Shown piece after piece: positions 16,610 to 23,847 of a stretch of DNA of 25,384 bases. The number at the start of each line of letters is the position of its first letter. Position 1 is the first letter of the stretch. Origin of the DNA: Opitutales bacterium. GTDB taxonomy: Bacteria > Verrucomicrobiota > Verrucomicrobiia > Opitutales > UBA9783. The translations under genes and the position numbers were made by a program. Location of the stretch: assembly GCA_046881885.1 (NCBI GenBank), contig JBKSMP010000027.1, forward strand, positions 1-25,384, given 5' to 3'. Under the pieces are notes generated by a model, which saw only the letters and a list, made by a program, of their open reading frames with translations, was not told the DNA's origin and searched no databases.

Positions 16610-18073
16610 ATGAGAATTATCTCTCAAAAACCTCTCAAAGTCTGTTTTTTTGCAACGCCACTGCCAATTATTACCAATGGTTCCAGGGGTATTAACCCGA
16701 GCTTTAGAATCTAAACCTAGCCAATCCTGGAAAGGAATAATAACATGTTGTGTAGTACGATGCTTAAAAATCCAACGAATTAATTCTCTACTTACCGTTT
16801 CTTCTGTTAAGGTTTCAACAGATAAAATGTTGGCAACACGTTCTTGGTCTAGTGGACTCAATGATCTAAACCAACCACGAGTCGTATCATTATCGTGCGT
16901 TCCAGTATAAATAACTTGCTTTTCTTGCCACGCTTCGGGCAAATAAGGATTGTTTTCTCCCGAAAAAGCAAACTGTGCAATTGCCATGCCGGGTAAATCT
17001 GAGGTTTTTAAAAAGGTTTTTACAGCTTCATGTAAGTCACCTAAATCTTCCAGGATAAAAGGCATAGAAGGCCAATTTTGCTTTAATTTTTTCAAAAAAT
17101 CATTCTTGGGGCCTGACTTCCATTCACCCTGTTGTGCAGTTTTTGCGCCTTGTGGAACCGCCCAATAATCAAATAAGGCGCGTGCATGATCTATGCGCAA
17201 CACATCAAACCATTCGAATTGTTTTTTTATACGCTGCATCCACCAAGCAAATTGTGTACGCTTATGTTCCGACCAACGATAAAGCGGATTTCCCCACAAT
17301 TGCCCTTCTGCAGAAAAATAATCTGGCGGTACCCCAGCAACACTTTTGGGGCAATCTATCTTTTTATTCCACTGAAACAAACTGCGATCAGCCCAAACCG
17401 TCGCATTATCTAAGCCAACGTAAATCGGCAAATCACCAATAATTGTAATTCCGCTTTTTTTAGCATAACAACGAATTTTATGCCACTGCTCGTGTAACAA
17501 CCACTGCAAAAATGCGAAAAAATCAACCCATTTATGGTAATCTTTACGATAGGTTTGTACGGTTTCCGCAGAGTAACTACGATATTTTTCCGGCCATTCC
17601 CACCAAGGTTTTTGGAAAAATTTTGCTTTTAACGCACAAAAAGTAGAAAAAACAGCCAAAGCTTCCCCTTCTTTATCCTTAAAAGCTTCAAATTTGCGTT
17701 TTGCTTTCGACTGCTTAAAAGCCTCATAAGCTTTAAAAAACAAGGGCATAAGTTGTTGTTCAACGGCAGGATAATCGACTTGGTCTTGAGGTAATGTTTG
17801 AGCTATTTTTTCCCAATCTGCTTTCGAAATCCAATTACGTCGATATAAATCCTCTACATCTAAAAATAAAGGATTGAGGGCAAAATCAGAAAGGGTTTGA
17901 TAAGGAGAAGCGCCAAAACCTGTAGGCCCTAAGGGACATACTTGCCAAGCATTCATTCCGGCGGATTTAAGTGTATCTATCCACTGTATAGCATCTTTTC
18001 CAAAACAACCGATACCTTGACTGCTCGGTAATGAAAAAATTGGCAATAAAACTCCCGTATATGGCTTCTTCAT
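16598..18073 (-). CDS. malQ: 4-alpha-glucanotransferase (amylomaltase, GH77) MalQ
   Basis: 491 aa. Contains GVLLPIFSLPSSQGIGCFG, IIGDLPIYVGLDNATVW, LRIDHARAL and YTGTHDNDT, which are characteristic GH77 blocks. Confidence 0.92.
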   Translation of the reverse strand: MKKPYTGVLLPIFSLPSSQGIGCFGKDAIQWIDTLKSAGMNAWQVCPLGPTGFGASPYQTLSDFALNPLFLDVEDLYRRNWISKADWEKIAQTLPQDQVDYPAVEQQLMPLFFKAYEAFKQSKAKRKFEAFKDKEGEALAVFSTFCALKAKFFQKPWWEWPEKYRSYSAETVQTYRKDYHKWVDFFAFLQWLLHEQWHKIRCYAKKSGITIIGDLPIYVGLDNATVWADRSLFQWNKKIDCPKSVAGVPPDYFSAEGQLWGNPLYRWSEHKRTQFAWWMQRIKKQFEWFDVLRIDHARALFDYWAVPQGAKTAQQGEWKSGPKNDFLKKLKQNWPSMPFILEDLGDLHEAVKTFLKTSDLPGMAIAQFAFSGENNPYLPEAWQEKQVIYTGTHDNDTTRGWFRSLSPLDQERVANILSVETLTEETVSRELIRWIFKHRTTQHVIIPFQDWLGLDSKARVNTPGTIGNNWQWRCKKTDFERFLRDNSHLFT

Positions 18074-18079
18074 GTTTTT

Positions 18080-18108
18080 ATTTTATAAAACGACGGAGTA
18101 TTTGTCAA
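18080..18108 (-). promoter_or_regulatory. sigma-70-type promoter for malQ with leaderless geometry
   Basis: The minus strand reads TTGACA (18108-18103), 17-nt spacer, TAAAAT (18085-18080), AAAAAC, then ATG (18073). A consensus -35, a 5/6 -10 and the 6-nt gap put the predicted TSS on the A of the ATG. Confidence 0.5.
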
Positions 18109-18114
18109 TGACTC

Positions 18115-18708
18115 TCAATCTTGCCGAATTTTAGAAATGCCAAGCGGGATATGGGTTTGCTGAACAAAGTTTTTTACAACGGACCATGCCTTTTCTTTGT
18201 AGATAAAACTCGTCCAACCTCTTTTGTCAGAAATGCTATAAAAGGTATTTTTCCCAGGTGAATTTCCCAGGCATAAGGCTTTGAAAGAGTAAGTTTCTTG
18301 CCGATTTTTTTCTACCAAAAAACGCAATTGTGGCGCAATTGGCTTTATACGACGGCAGGGCCAACTAAGTTTTTTCTCTTTTTGAGGCTCTTCGGTTTTA
18401 AATTGCCAATCCTTAACGCCTAAATTACATGTTTCTTGGACAATTTCACGTCTAAAATTTGTTAATAATTCTGATGTATGTGGCAACAAAAGCGGCTTTA
18501 ATTTAGAAAAATTCAAAGAGGTTTGTAAACATAAAGGCCTATCATCCCAAGGATATCCAGCATTCTTCAGGTTCACATTATAGCTTAACCAAGCTTTTTT
18601 TTCAGGAAATAACAAAAGTGGCAACTCATGTTCGAAAGGATTTTTCAAAAAGCTATTAACTACGCAAAAAACAAGAAGCAAAAAAAGCAACACTCTAAAA
18701 ATTTTCAT
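18115..18708 (-). CDS. hypothetical protein (197 aa) with N-terminal membrane anchor/signal, last gene after the TolQ/TolR-like pair
   Basis: MKIFRVLLFLLLVFCVVNSF is a hydrophobic N-terminus. A 4-nt ATGA overlap links it to the upstream ExbD/TolR-like gene. No Pro-rich or recognisable TonB/TolA C-terminal motif. Confidence 0.6.
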   Translation of the reverse strand: MKIFRVLLFLLLVFCVVNSFLKNPFEHELPLLLFPEKKAWLSYNVNLKNAGYPWDDRPLCLQTSLNFSKLKPLLLPHTSELLTNFRREIVQETCNLGVKDWQFKTEEPQKEKKLSWPCRRIKPIAPQLRFLVEKNRQETYSFKALCLGNSPGKNTFYSISDKRGWTSFIYKEKAWSVVKNFVQQTHIPLGISKIRQD

Positions 18709-19145
18709 TGCGCTGCAACAGCCAATTGTACGGATTTATAGCCATGAAAATGGGCTTGTTCAAACAATTTTAGCACCCTTTCCCAGGCAATATGTTTATC
18801 AATAATCAACCAAAGCACTTCTTCAGTATCTAGCGAACCAGAAAATAAATCTTCCAAATGTTCAAAATCATAAACCTTTCGTTCGAAAAAAATAAATCCG
18901 CGCGCATCAACGATAATTGCGTGATTCAAAGGATAAGGTGTTTGTAAAGCAACTGAAGTCGTAGCTGTTGGCAATTGCAACTGAATACCTGGAGGACACA
19001 ACCATTTTGAACTTAAAAGCAATACTCCAAAGACCAACACCAATAAATTACAATACGGTACCCATTGAAGCGGAAAAGTAGTCTTTTCGGCCAAGATTTC
19101 TTGCGAAAGCAATCCCAAACGCTCAAAGGAATTAGTCGTTTTCAT
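18705..19145 (-). CDS. ExbD/TolR-family biopolymer transport protein
   Basis: 146 aa. A single N-terminal TM (VPYCNLLVLVFGVLLLS) is followed by GIQLQLP, and the periplasmic domain ends in FHGYKSVQLAV. The length and layout match ExbD/TolR. It overlaps the upstream MotA/TolQ/ExbB gene by 14 nt. Confidence 0.7.
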   Translation of the reverse strand: MKTTNSFERLGLLSQEILAEKTTFPLQWVPYCNLLVLVFGVLLLSSKWLCPPGIQLQLPTATTSVALQTPYPLNHAIIVDARGFIFFERKVYDFEHLEDLFSGSLDTEEVLWLIIDKHIAWERVLKLFEQAHFHGYKSVQLAVAAQ

Positions 19146-19761
19146 TAGATTTTTGTGGTGTTCGACTTAAAAAAATCACTATTTCATTCACCGACCATTC
19201 CATATCAAAAATAAGAGCTCGTAAGCGGCCTTTTAAGAAATGGTAAGCTAAATAAAATAAAAACATCTCAATAAAACCTATCAATGTTACCGATAAAGCT
19301 GAGGTAATATAAGGCGAAAAACTTGTTAAAGATGTATAAGCCTGCAAAGCTCCCAAGTTCCAAAAACCTTTTAACAAATAAAAAACAGAGCCAATCAATC
19401 CAACAACTGGCGCTAATTGAGCCATAAAACGCACCGATTCAATCCGTTTTCGCAGCAAAGGCAGCTCCAAAAGTGCGTTGCGACGTAATTCATCAAGAAT
19501 AAAATTTTGAGATTCTGAAGCATGAATAAGAGCAATTTTCATAAGACGAGCTACGGAACCAGGAGTTTCCTCACACAAGGTAATTGCCTCCATACGACGT
19601 CCTTTTTTTAACAATGCTTGAAGCCCAGTAAGAAAATTTTCCGGCCGAATTTGTCCTTTATGCAGAAACAAAGCTCTTTCTAAAAAAAAAACAATACCCA
19701 CAACCAACAAAATACCAAACGGATAAACAAACCACTCAATGCTGGAAATAATTTGTACCAT
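19132..19761 (-). CDS. MotA/TolQ/ExbB-family proton channel protein
   Basis: 209 aa with three hydrophobic segments. The conserved block LAPVVGLIGSVFYLLKGF corresponds to the family PLLGLLGTV..M..F motif. Confidence 0.8.
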   Translation of the reverse strand: MVQIISSIEWFVYPFGILLVVGIVFFLERALFLHKGQIRPENFLTGLQALLKKGRRMEAITLCEETPGSVARLMKIALIHASESQNFILDELRRNALLELPLLRKRIESVRFMAQLAPVVGLIGSVFYLLKGFWNLGALQAYTSLTSFSPYITSALSVTLIGFIEMFLFYLAYHFLKGRLRALIFDMEWSVNEIVIFLSRTPQKSNEND

Positions 19762-19762
19762 A

Positions 19763-20800
19763 TTAACGTTTTACTTGGGCAGATGGAGTATGATGCACAA
19801 CTTTTCCAAAACAAAAATCAGCCCAGTTACTAGGTGTTTCCTGTCCAGAATGAATGAAATCAATACGCTTCTGTGCTTTTTCAGAAATTTTTGTAAAAGG
19901 CGCTAGCAATTGAGCTTCATTATAAAACACAAGCGCACCTTCGGGATAATGCCGACGATACAAAAAATAATCCCCTAAAACCAAACGACTTTCCCCATAA
20001 AACGCACGCATTTCTTGAAGTTTTTGGCGAGCTAAAGCAATTTTATCCTGTAAACATTCATCTTGCGAATAGATCTGCAAGAAATCTTCGTAACAATGAA
20101 TTGCATTGCGCGTCATACCTTGGTCATTATGTGGACCATTCACAAAAGAAAAATAAATTTCGCCCTGCAACAAATAGGCATCTGGAACACAAGAATGTGC
20201 AGGATAGTTCTCGATAAGCTGATCTAATGCGGCAATCGCTTTAGCCTTATTCCCGCTATCACGCTCCAATTGAGCAATCAAAAACAATGCTCTTGCAGCT
20301 TTTTCAGAATGCGGAGCCATTGTTACGATATGCTGAAAACAATCAACAGCTTCTGTGGCATCTTTAAAAAACGATAAAAAACGCAAACGACTTTGTCGAT
20401 TGTAACGCTGCATAATTCGACAAGCTAAATCAAATTCCTCTTCAACCACTTGTCCATAATTACGATAATTAACATAATTTTTCGTAACAAACTTAAATTT
20501 TTCAAAAGCTTGTTCAATCTTTCCTAACTTACGCAATTCTTGGCCCCAACAAAAGAAAGCTTCAGGAGCAATTGTAGTTTCGAGGTACTGCGAACCAATT
20601 ATTTTAAACTGTTTAAAAGCTCTTTCCGTTTTGCCCTGCTTCAAATACCGTTGCGCCTCTTGGAAATAATGCCTTGCTTGACTATCACGTTCAGGAGATT
20701 TTTGCGCAATTTGAGAAGGCGGAATATCATTACGTATGGTATGAAAACAGCCTCCTAGAACGAGCAAAAACACATAAAATAAGTTTTTTAAACCTTTCAT
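19763..20800 (-). CDS. TPR-repeat outer-membrane lipoprotein, BamD/YfiO-like
   Basis: Start taken at MKGLKNLFYVFLLVLGGC (lipobox LGGC), which overlaps the fabH stop by 1 nt (TAATG). There are repeated TPR-like helices. Segments resemble BamD: ENYPAHSCVPDAYLLQGEIYF and ESRLVLGDYFLYRRHYPEGALVFY. The family assignment rests on recalled patterns only. Confidence 0.55.
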   Translation of the reverse strand: MKGLKNLFYVFLLVLGGCFHTIRNDIPPSQIAQKSPERDSQARHYFQEAQRYLKQGKTERAFKQFKIIGSQYLETTIAPEAFFCWGQELRKLGKIEQAFEKFKFVTKNYVNYRNYGQVVEEEFDLACRIMQRYNRQSRLRFLSFFKDATEAVDCFQHIVTMAPHSEKAARALFLIAQLERDSGNKAKAIAALDQLIENYPAHSCVPDAYLLQGEIYFSFVNGPHNDQGMTRNAIHCYEDFLQIYSQDECLQDKIALARQKLQEMRAFYGESRLVLGDYFLYRRHYPEGALVFYNEAQLLAPFTKISEKAQKRIDFIHSGQETPSNWADFCFGKVVHHTPSAQVKR

Positions 20801-21792
20801 TATGCGTATTTTATTAAACTGGCTCCCCATGTCAAGCCTCCTCCAAAGGCAACTAAAACAATGTAATCGCCTTTTTTGAAACAGTTTTGTTCATCTGCTT
20901 GTGCAAAAGCAATCGGAATAGAAGCTGCAGACGTATTTCCTGTTTTATCTAAATTACAAAAAATACGCTCCATAGGCACTTCCAAAGTCTGCGCTAAAGA
21001 CTGAATAATACGCAAATTTGCTTGATGAGGTACCAGCCAAGCAATGTCTGCATGGGTCAAATTATTTCGCTCAAGCAAATCTTCAACCGACTTCGCCATT
21101 AATCGAACAGCCATTTTAAACAACTCTTTGCCATTCATCGAAATCGTGTGTAAATGAGCTTGCACGGTATCGATAGATGCGGGCAAACGAGACCCACCTG
21201 CCGGTAAACAAAGTACTTCTGCGTGAGCTCCATCAGCCCCCAAGGTTTGATCTAAAATACCAATATTTGGCTCTTCAGTACGTTCTAAAACAAATGCTCC
21301 AGCACCATCGCCAAACAAAACGCAAGTACCTCGATCTTCCCAATTAACAATAGAGGATATTTTTTCTGCACCAACTACTAAAATACGCTTATAATGTGGG
21401 CACTTAAGCAAATTACGTCCCACTTCTAAAGCATACAAAAATCCGGAACAAGCTGCATTTATATCAAAACTTAAAACATTACGTAATCCCAATTTCGCTT
21501 GCACCAAAGCGGCCGTTGAAGGGAATAACATGTCTGGTGTTACGGTTGCGACAATCAAGGCATCAATTGATTCAGGATCGCATTGTGCATTTTTTAATGC
21601 ATTTTGTGCTGCATGATAAGCCAAATCCGAAGTCGCCTCTTCTTTAGCCGCAATATGACGCTCCGAAATACCGGTTCGCGTACGAATCCATTCATCTGAA
21701 GTATCTACGATTTTTGACAAATCATCATTCGTCAATCGTTTTTCTGGAAGATAATAGCCAACACCTTTAATTAAGATAGAATTGTCTTTCAT
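20800..21792 (-). CDS. fabH: 3-oxoacyl-ACP synthase III FabH
   Basis: The active-site Cys lies in INAACSGFLYAL, with later HQANLRI and GNTSAASIP blocks. Start chosen at MKDNSILIKGVGYYLP (ATG 21792) because AAGGGA lies 5 nt upstream. The alternative ATG at 21807 adds 5 residues. Confidence 0.92.
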   Translation of the reverse strand: MKDNSILIKGVGYYLPEKRLTNDDLSKIVDTSDEWIRTRTGISERHIAAKEEATSDLAYHAAQNALKNAQCDPESIDALIVATVTPDMLFPSTAALVQAKLGLRNVLSFDINAACSGFLYALEVGRNLLKCPHYKRILVVGAEKISSIVNWEDRGTCVLFGDGAGAFVLERTEEPNIGILDQTLGADGAHAEVLCLPAGGSRLPASIDTVQAHLHTISMNGKELFKMAVRLMAKSVEDLLERNNLTHADIAWLVPHQANLRIIQSLAQTLEVPMERIFCNLDKTGNTSAASIPIAFAQADEQNCFKKGDYIVLVAFGGGLTWGASLIKYA

Positions 21793-21793
21793 A

Positions 21794-22870
21794 TTATCCC
21801 TTTTCATCTAAATTTAATAGTGAATTTGCCCTTTCAATAGCCGAGGAAATTGCTTGTAAATCATAAAGTTCTAAGCAATTTAAACTCATATTTAATGCAC
21901 TTGCAATCGCTTCTGCTTTGCTGGATCCATGCGACTTAAATACCCAACCGTTAAGTCCCAACAGCGGTGCTCCACTAAATTTGTCTGGAGAAAATTGCTT
22001 GCGCATGCTTTTGAATACACCCGAAGCTAAGGTTGCACCTAATTTTCTCAAGTAGGTACGTTCAAATTCTTGCTTTAAAAACTCTTTTAAGTTTAAGAAT
22101 AGAGACTCGCAGGTCTTTAGCAAAATATTGCCAACAAATCCTCCACAAACGACCACATCCACACAATCTTCAAACAAGTCAAAGCCTTCGATTAAACCAC
22201 TATAGTTTAAGTATTCGCCATTTAACTGCTTCAAGCAATCATGTGTTTGTTGCACCAATTCGTTCCCTTTACCCTCTTCCGTTCCAATCGTCAACAATCC
22301 TACCCTTGGCGCTTTTTTACCTAAAACAGCTTTTGCAAAATAAGCCCCCAAAATGGCATTATGCACCAAATGCTTTACTGTAGAATTTGGATTAGCACCG
22401 ACATCAATAAGTACAAATTGGTGAGTTCTTGTAGGAATAATGCTCGCCAAAGCTGGACGTTCGACCCCTGGAATGGTACGTAACTTCAAAGTACTTCCAG
22501 CCATTAAACTGCCTGTGTTTCCGCAGCTTAAAACGGATTGCGCTGCACCTTGCTTTACCAAATCAATGGCCCGAAACATCGAAGCATCCTTCTTTTGCTT
22601 AAGCGTTTGCAAAGGTTTTTCATCCATCGCAATCACTTGAGAAGCATGTACAACTTCAATAAGCGATTCCCTGCTCAAACCTTCTGCTTGTACAATAGGA
22701 TTTAAGATGCTTTCGTCCCCTACAAGAAATAACCTTCCAATTCGAGATGCATTTGTTTCTAAAGCCAAGCGTACCCCTGCAATGATTTGTTGAGGTCCAA
22801 AATCAGCCCCCATCACATCAACTGCTAATTTAGGCAGCTGCTTCTGCTTACTTGGCAAAGAAACTTGCAT
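21794..22870 (-). CDS. plsX: phosphate acyltransferase PlsX
   Basis: 358 aa. LAVDVMGADFGP at the N-terminus, plus FKSHGSS-type and GNTG blocks typical of PlsX. The rpmF-plsX-fabH order is conserved. Confidence 0.92.
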   Translation of the reverse strand: MQVSLPSKQKQLPKLAVDVMGADFGPQQIIAGVRLALETNASRIGRLFLVGDESILNPIVQAEGLSRESLIEVVHASQVIAMDEKPLQTLKQKKDASMFRAIDLVKQGAAQSVLSCGNTGSLMAGSTLKLRTIPGVERPALASIIPTRTHQFVLIDVGANPNSTVKHLVHNAILGAYFAKAVLGKKAPRVGLLTIGTEEGKGNELVQQTHDCLKQLNGEYLNYSGLIEGFDLFEDCVDVVVCGGFVGNILLKTCESLFLNLKEFLKQEFERTYLRKLGATLASGVFKSMRKQFSPDKFSGAPLLGLNGWVFKSHGSSKAEAIASALNMSLNCLELYDLQAISSAIERANSLLNLDEKG

Positions 22871-22876
22871 GGAAGG

Positions 22877-23053
22877 TTATAACTCGACTTCAAGCACTTG
22901 GCGATCGCGATACATACCTGTAACCGGATTAACGCGATGACGCATTACCAAATTACCTTCGGCATCTTTCATAAGTGCAGGCATTTTAAAATTGTGAGCT
23001 CCACGCCGTAAACGACTGCGCATTTTTGATTGTTTTCTCTTTGGTTGTCCCAT
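22877..23053 (-). CDS. rpmF: 50S ribosomal protein L32 (bL32), Cys-less type
   Basis: Not in the ORF track (59 aa). My translation is MGQPKRKQSKMRSRLRRGAHNFKMPALMKDAEGNLVMRHRVNPVTGMYRDRQVLEVEL*. The PKRKxSK N-terminus and H..N..TG.YR.R.V C-terminus are typical of L32. The position upstream of plsX is canonical. Confidence 0.9.
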   Translation of the reverse strand: MGQPKRKQSKMRSRLRRGAHNFKMPALMKDAEGNLVMRHRVNPVTGMYRDRQVLEVEL

Positions 23054-23083
23054 AATTATGAACTCTGTTAAATAATAACTAGT

Positions 23084-23111
23084 AGTAAACCATTGCCTAC
23101 TCTCGCGTCAA
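23084..23111 (-). promoter_or_regulatory. sigma-70-type promoter candidate for the rpmF operon
   Basis: The minus strand reads TTGACG (23111-23106), 16-nt spacer ending in TGG, then TTTACT (23089-23084). It shares TTGACGC...GGC..TGGT...CT with the prfB promoter candidate. Confidence 0.3.
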
Positions 23112-23337
23112 GTTTAATTTCGCATAAAAGCTCCTTTTGTTAAATTAGTAAAAGATAAAAACTTTGAATATTAGGTGATTGTAAAAGCATAGAAAAACTG
23201 AGAAGGATCAAAAAATAAGATAACCTCTTATGTTTGGAAATATTTCTCTTAAAATAGAGTTTTGAATATGTTTTTACCGATTGCTTTTTTCCTTTAGACT
23301 TTTATAAGATGTCTATTATGTATATCATAAGCAGAAT

Positions 23338-23847
23338 ATGATTAAAAAAAATACGATTGGAGTTATTTTATTTATGGGATCAAACTTCATTTGTTTGTCA
23401 AATGTTTTAAAAATTTATCACGAAGCATCGATAATCATTATGAATAAAATCTTAAAAAATGAAGATTTATTATATTTTTCAAAAAATTTTTACATAAAAG
23501 ATATTACTTGTTTCTTTGAAAATATAATTTTAGCTGCTTATGCCTTGACCAATAAAGATAAAAATATGCTAAATATGGCATTCAGTAATTTTGAAATGTT
23601 ATTTGCTGATCCTCCTTTATTAAAAGAGTGTTTGAATAGTTTTTGCATATTGTTTGGTCATAAAAAATATGCTAAACATTTATCCTTAACGGCAATACGT
23701 AATCATTCTAAAGAAATTACTATATTTATTTGTGTGTGTAAAAAAATGGTAGAATGGATGCCGTTGGATTTATCTAAAAATGTCATTACCATTATTGAAA
23801 ACTATGAAAAAGACATAGAAATTTCAAAAGTATTTACTAAAATTTAA
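23338..23847 (+). CDS. hypothetical protein (169 aa), AT-rich orphan
   Basis: An ORF in very AT-rich DNA with a hydrophobic stretch near the N-terminus (IGVILFMGSNFICL). No recognisable motif. Its 3' end overlaps the convergent gene by 11 nt. Confidence 0.45.
   Translation: MIKKNTIGVILFMGSNFICLSNVLKIYHEASIIIMNKILKNEDLLYFSKNFYIKDITCFFENIILAAYALTNKDKNMLNMAFSNFEMLFADPPLLKECLNSFCILFGHKKYAKHLSLTAIRNHSKEITIFICVCKKMVEWMPLDLSKNVITIIENYEKDIEISKVFTKI

Noticed and set aside
20801-20830. A longer start (MGSQFNKIRI) for the TPR lipoprotein.
   Set aside because: It would overlap fabH by 31 nt. The internal Met gives a lipoprotein signal with the LGGC lipobox and a 1-nt TAATG coupling overlap.
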